A DNA stretch of 64,000 nucleotides from Vulcanimicrobiota bacterium (GTDB lineage: Bacteria > Vulcanimicrobiota > Vulcanimicrobiia > Vulcanimicrobiales > Vulcanimicrobiaceae), in NCBI GenBank assembly GCA_963733295.1, contig CAVTCS010000003.1, forward strand, positions 2,908,113-2,972,112, read 5' to 3'. Positions within the stretch are counted from its first letter, which is position 1. Each line of letters starts with the position of its first letter. The notes under the pieces are model-generated. The model was not told the DNA's origin. It saw only the letters and a list, made by a program, of their open reading frames with translations, and ran no database searches. The position numbers were made by a program, and so were the translations under genes. Shown one piece after another: positions 60,407 through 64,000 of the stretch.

Positions 60407-61099
60407 CTAGCTCACCTCGACCATGCGGCGTAGACTAAGATCAAGCATTATCTTCACAAAATTGAAGAGAGATTGACCTTTACGAAGTGAATACGGGCTG
60501 TATGTGATCGTAACCGGTGCCTCAGCCCAACGCAAGTCTTGCTTACCGACAAGATACAACAGCTCTGAGGCGTGCGCCATTCCGGGTTGCGTTAGACGGA
60601 TTCGCTCTGCTGCCCCAGCTGTCATGAGGCGGAGTCCGTTATGTGCGTCGGTTACCGCGAGGCCGGTGTGGCGACGCGTGAAGGCAGTCGCAGCACGGAG
60701 CATGACCCGCCGCATTGGCGGAATCGCGACCGACCGCCCGAGAGCGCGGGAACCCAAGACGATATCGAGGCCGTCGCCCTGCAGCTTCGCGACCAGCACT
60801 TCAATGTCTCCGACGTTATGCTGACCGTCCGCATCGAAGGTACAGATGTGCGTCGCCCCTCGCTGTAGAGCGAATTCAAGGCCGGTTTGAAGCGCCGCAC
60901 CTTGCCCGAGATTGACGGCGTGGCGTAGCACTTCGGCTCCAGCGCGCAAGGCGACCCTCGCCGTCGCGTCCGTCGAGCCATCGTCGACGACGATTACCAG
61001 CGGCCAAGACCGCCGTACCGCCGCAACGACATCGCCGACTACCGCTTGCTCGTTATAGGCTGGGATTACGACGTACAGTCGAGTCTCTGGCGGAGCCAT
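60407..61099 (-). CDS. GT2 glycosyltransferase, polyprenyl-phosphate glycosyltransferase (DPM1-like)
   Basis: VVIPAYNE, VVDDGSTD, NLGQGAALQTG, TFDADGQH, GSR, TDAHNGLR. Confidence 0.9.
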   Translation of the reverse strand: MAPPETRLYVVIPAYNEQAVVGDVVAAVRRSWPLVIVVDDGSTDATARVALRAGAEVLRHAVNLGQGAALQTGLEFALQRGATHICTFDADGQHNVGDIEVLVAKLQGDGLDIVLGSRALGRSVAIPPMRRVMLRAATAFTRRHTGLAVTDAHNGLRLMTAGAAERIRLTQPGMAHASELLYLVGKQDLRWAEAPVTITYSPYSLRKGQSLFNFVKIMLDLSLRRMVEVS

Positions 61100-61161
61100 A
61101 TTATCCTTACAAATGTCGGCCACCGGACGCCCCGGGTTGAGCTTCAGGTGTTTCGCCGGGG

Positions 61162-62199
61162 TTATCTCTCCGACTGCAGGCCACCGGTCGAAAGCCTTTC
61201 GCGTCCCTTGAGCCATCGAAGGCTCCTCCGCATGCCCTCCTCGAGTGCGACTCGCGGCTCGTAGCCGAGTTCGCGCTTCGCCTTATCGATCGAACACGCG
61301 ATCGTCTTGTTCATCTCCGAAAGGACGTGAACGCGCTGCTCGTAGCGGCCGGTCCGCTGGATCGCGGCATCCGCATAGGTCGCGACCTCTCCGGCGATCC
61401 ACGGCAGCCGCGTCGTCGACTCGGCGACCTTCTCGTTGAACTCGTCCCGCATCAGCGCACGGACCGTGCCCACGATTTCGTTCATCGAATACGGCCGCTC
61501 GTCGGCGATCCAATACGTCTGGCCGCGAGCAGCGGGAACGCTTTCCGCCAGCAGTAAGCCTTGCACGAGATTCTCGATATAGCTCATCGAGCGCAGGTTC
61601 GTACCGTCACCAACCATCGGGAATTTGCCGTCGCGGATGAGTTTGAAGAAGAGCGTCTGGCGTGGTGGCTGGTTCGGTCCGTAGAACCAGGGTGGCCGGA
61701 TGATCACCGTCTCGATGAGACCGCGCCGCTCGAATTCGCGCACCGCGAGCTCCATCTTCATCTTAGATCGCCCGTAATTCATGTACGGCCGGTACGGGGA
61801 GCTCTCGTCGAAGATGACCTTGTTCGAGTAGCTCACGCCGATCGGAGAGTTGGAGGACACGACGACCGCACGCCGGACGCCGGCGCGGGCTGCCGCTGCC
61901 AAGGCCCGCGTTGTGCCGTCGACATTGATCTCGTAGAACTCCGACACGCGCTTGGGGTGAATGATGCCCGCCGTGTGAAACAGCGTTGCGCCTTGGGCTC
62001 CGTCGACGAAACGATCGACGTCTGCCGATTCGCGGATGTCGCCCCGCACGACCTCGACGCCGGGAAGGTCACGAATGGCCTTGTCATCTTCGGCGTTGTG
62101 GACGAATGCCCGGACCGGACGCCCGTCTCTGGCGAGAGCGGCGACGAGGCTCGAGCCGAGCCATCCCGTGGCCCCCGTGACCAGCGCCAGGTCGCTCAC
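61162..62199 (-). CDS. NAD-dependent epimerase/dehydratase
   Basis: LVTGATGWLG, YGRSK, RPPWFYGP. Confidence 0.9.
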   Translation of the reverse strand: MSDLALVTGATGWLGSSLVAALARDGRPVRAFVHNAEDDKAIRDLPGVEVVRGDIRESADVDRFVDGAQGATLFHTAGIIHPKRVSEFYEINVDGTTRALAAAARAGVRRAVVVSSNSPIGVSYSNKVIFDESSPYRPYMNYGRSKMKMELAVREFERRGLIETVIIRPPWFYGPNQPPRQTLFFKLIRDGKFPMVGDGTNLRSMSYIENLVQGLLLAESVPAARGQTYWIADERPYSMNEIVGTVRALMRDEFNEKVAESTTRLPWIAGEVATYADAAIQRTGRYEQRVHVLSEMNKTIACSIDKAKRELGYEPRVALEEGMRRSLRWLKGRERLSTGGLQSER

Positions 62200-63631
62200 G
62201 CGTGACTCTCGAGAAACTGCAGTGCGTTGCGCCGTGCGAAAGCCATCACCGAACCCTGCGGGTTGACCCCCGACGCTGTCGGCAAGATGCTCGCGTCCGA
62301 AACGCGCAAACCCGGAACATCCGGTACTCGGCCAAACGAGTCGACGGCACAGAGATCCGGGTTCTCACCCATCGGGCAACTCGAAAAGAGATGTATCGTC
62401 ATAAGACTCGTTCGATCGAGCGGCAGCGAGCTGGGCAGCGCCGCGAGATCGCCGGTGTTGTGCATGCTCGCAGCGCCGATGATGCTGGGGATCACTTCCC
62501 GAGCACCCGCTGCGAAGAGAAGGCGTACGAGCTTTTCGAGACCTTCGCGGAGCAGCGCCCGGTCGCCGGGCGTCAGCGCATATGTCACGAGCGGGTCGTT
62601 GCTGCGCGGTAGCGGCGTGACGCTGCCCGTACCCTCGGCGCCGATCATCGCGTAATAAGAAGCCATCTCCCGCCAGGATTCGTTGACGATCCCCAGCCCA
62701 CGCTTGCTGTCTGCCACTGCTAAGGCGAGGTGCGGCGGCGAGCTAATGGAACAGCCGAATCCGATCGCCGGTGAAAACTCCTTGACTTGATGCATCGGAA
62801 CGGTAACGGAGTCGCCGTTGACGGTTTCATCGAAACGCGCGACGGCCTTTATCGTCGGGTGCATTCGAAGCGTCTTTCCGACATTGCGAGTGATGCCACT
62901 CCGCAGCAGCAGCGCAGGTGTACCGATAGCGCCTGCGCAGACGAAAACGTGTTCGGCCTCAACCGCAGTCTCCGGTTGCAGCGTGTCGGTCGACGACACG
63001 TCGATACGCCACCGCGCGCCAATGCGAACCAAGCGCCGAGCGCGCGCTCCCGAAACGACGCGTGCTCCGGCAACTACGGCTCGCGGAACAAACGTTTCCG
63101 ACATTGACTGCCGGACGCCGATCGGTTCCTTGGGGTTCGCCTCGTTTGCGTAGTAGCGGTACCAGCGTGGTACTTCCGCGCAGCGCCAACCCATGTGTTC
63201 CGCGCCGTCGCGCAGCTTCAAGGCCGCCGGCGGAGCCGTGCCGGGGTAAAATCCCACAGCCAAGTCGCGCTCGTTCGCGCCGAAGTGTTCGTCCAAATCC
63301 TCGTCCCGCGCGTCGGCCACGCGATATTCGGTGCGCCAGCGAGCCAAGATGTCGGGCGGCGTGCGATGGTAGAGTCCGCTGTTGATCTCGCTCCCGCCGC
63401 CGACGCAGCGTCCCTCGGCGTACTGTACGCGTGCCGGTCCGAGCGCGACCGTAAGGCCGCCGTTGCGATACTTTTGGGTCATCTCGTCGAGCGAGAATGG
63501 TTCGGCCGAATCAAGGCGGAGGTTAGGCCCGTCCTCCAGCAGCGTGACGTCGAGTCCGGCCTCCGCCAAGAGGCAAGCCGTGATGGATCCACCCGGCCCC
63601 GCGCCTATGACCCAACCTTCGTCTTTATCAA
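62196..63631 (-). CDS. GMC-family FAD oxidoreductase (probable 1-bp deletion just after the start)
   Basis: VIGAGPGG, GRCVGGGSEIN, AGAIGTPALLLRSG, H...SCPMG, DASILPT..GVNPQ. Confidence 0.85.
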
Positions 63632-63986
63632 GCCGCGCTCGACCGCTTACTGTAGAGCGCAAACACCGTCAAGCTGCGATGAAATCGGACAAAGTCGCGA
63701 CGCACTCCGAGTTTCGAATTGGTCCAGCTCGCAAGATATGCGGCGCGTTGTGGCTGGCCGAGCCGGTGAAATCTCTTGCGGTGAAGCGCGATCGCTCCCG
63801 CGTCGAAAGCCGTCTCGAGTGCCAGCATCGCAGTGCGCAAGTGGGCCGGCATTCGCTCGATTTGGGCAATGACAAAAGCTACCGCGAAAGGTCCGCACCG
63901 TCCATCACACCCTCAGGCGGTTCGATATCCGCCATCAGTGTTGCGACCACCGCTGCAACGGTCGAGCGAACGTGCCGGCCCGTCAC
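63628..63986 (-). CDS. Small helical protein coupled to the GMC gene (frameshift near 63870)
   Basis: C-terminal frame ...RFHRLGQPQRAAYLASW...RRDFVRFHRSL; stop overlaps the GMC start. Confidence 0.45.
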
Positions 63987-64000
63987 GGACTACGAGAACC

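Overview
High-GC bacterial chromosomal window. LptA-like and outer-membrane-barrel-like genes together with Firmicutes-like gene order (atpC...murA-mreB; rarA-iscS...alaS) suggest a diderm 'Terrabacteria' lineage such as Eremiobacterota/Vulcanimicrobiota; this is inferred from gene content only. Housekeeping content: the end of the ATP synthase operon, murA, mreB, tsaC, rarA, a cysteine desulfurase, alaS, serA with a probable metal-independent phosphoserine phosphatase, and tRNA-Leu(CAG). Other loci: a gluconate-type MFS/kinase pair split by a HipA toxin-antitoxin insertion carrying a cryptic frameshifted winged-helix gene; a ytxG/ytxH-like + rsbV-rsbW-sigB stress cluster whose RsbW has degenerate kinase motifs; a split LigD/PolDom/Ku NHEJ operon; a sulfite-oxidase-family enzyme with a cytochrome c; a single-chain lipoyl-PSBD-E2-E1 2-oxoglutarate dehydrogenase; an lrp-kdd-kamA lysine operon lacking the B12-dependent 5,6-aminomutase and carrying a LacI/cre-like operator in its promoter; and about seven polytopic GT-C-like membrane proteins plus a glycan-modification cluster. 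From about 51.3 kb onward many single-base indels break genes (densest at 57.9-60.4 kb), most simply read as consensus errors, so gene models there are reconstructions. No CRISPR array, rRNA, integrase or transposase was found. All family assignments come from motif recognition; no database searches were run.
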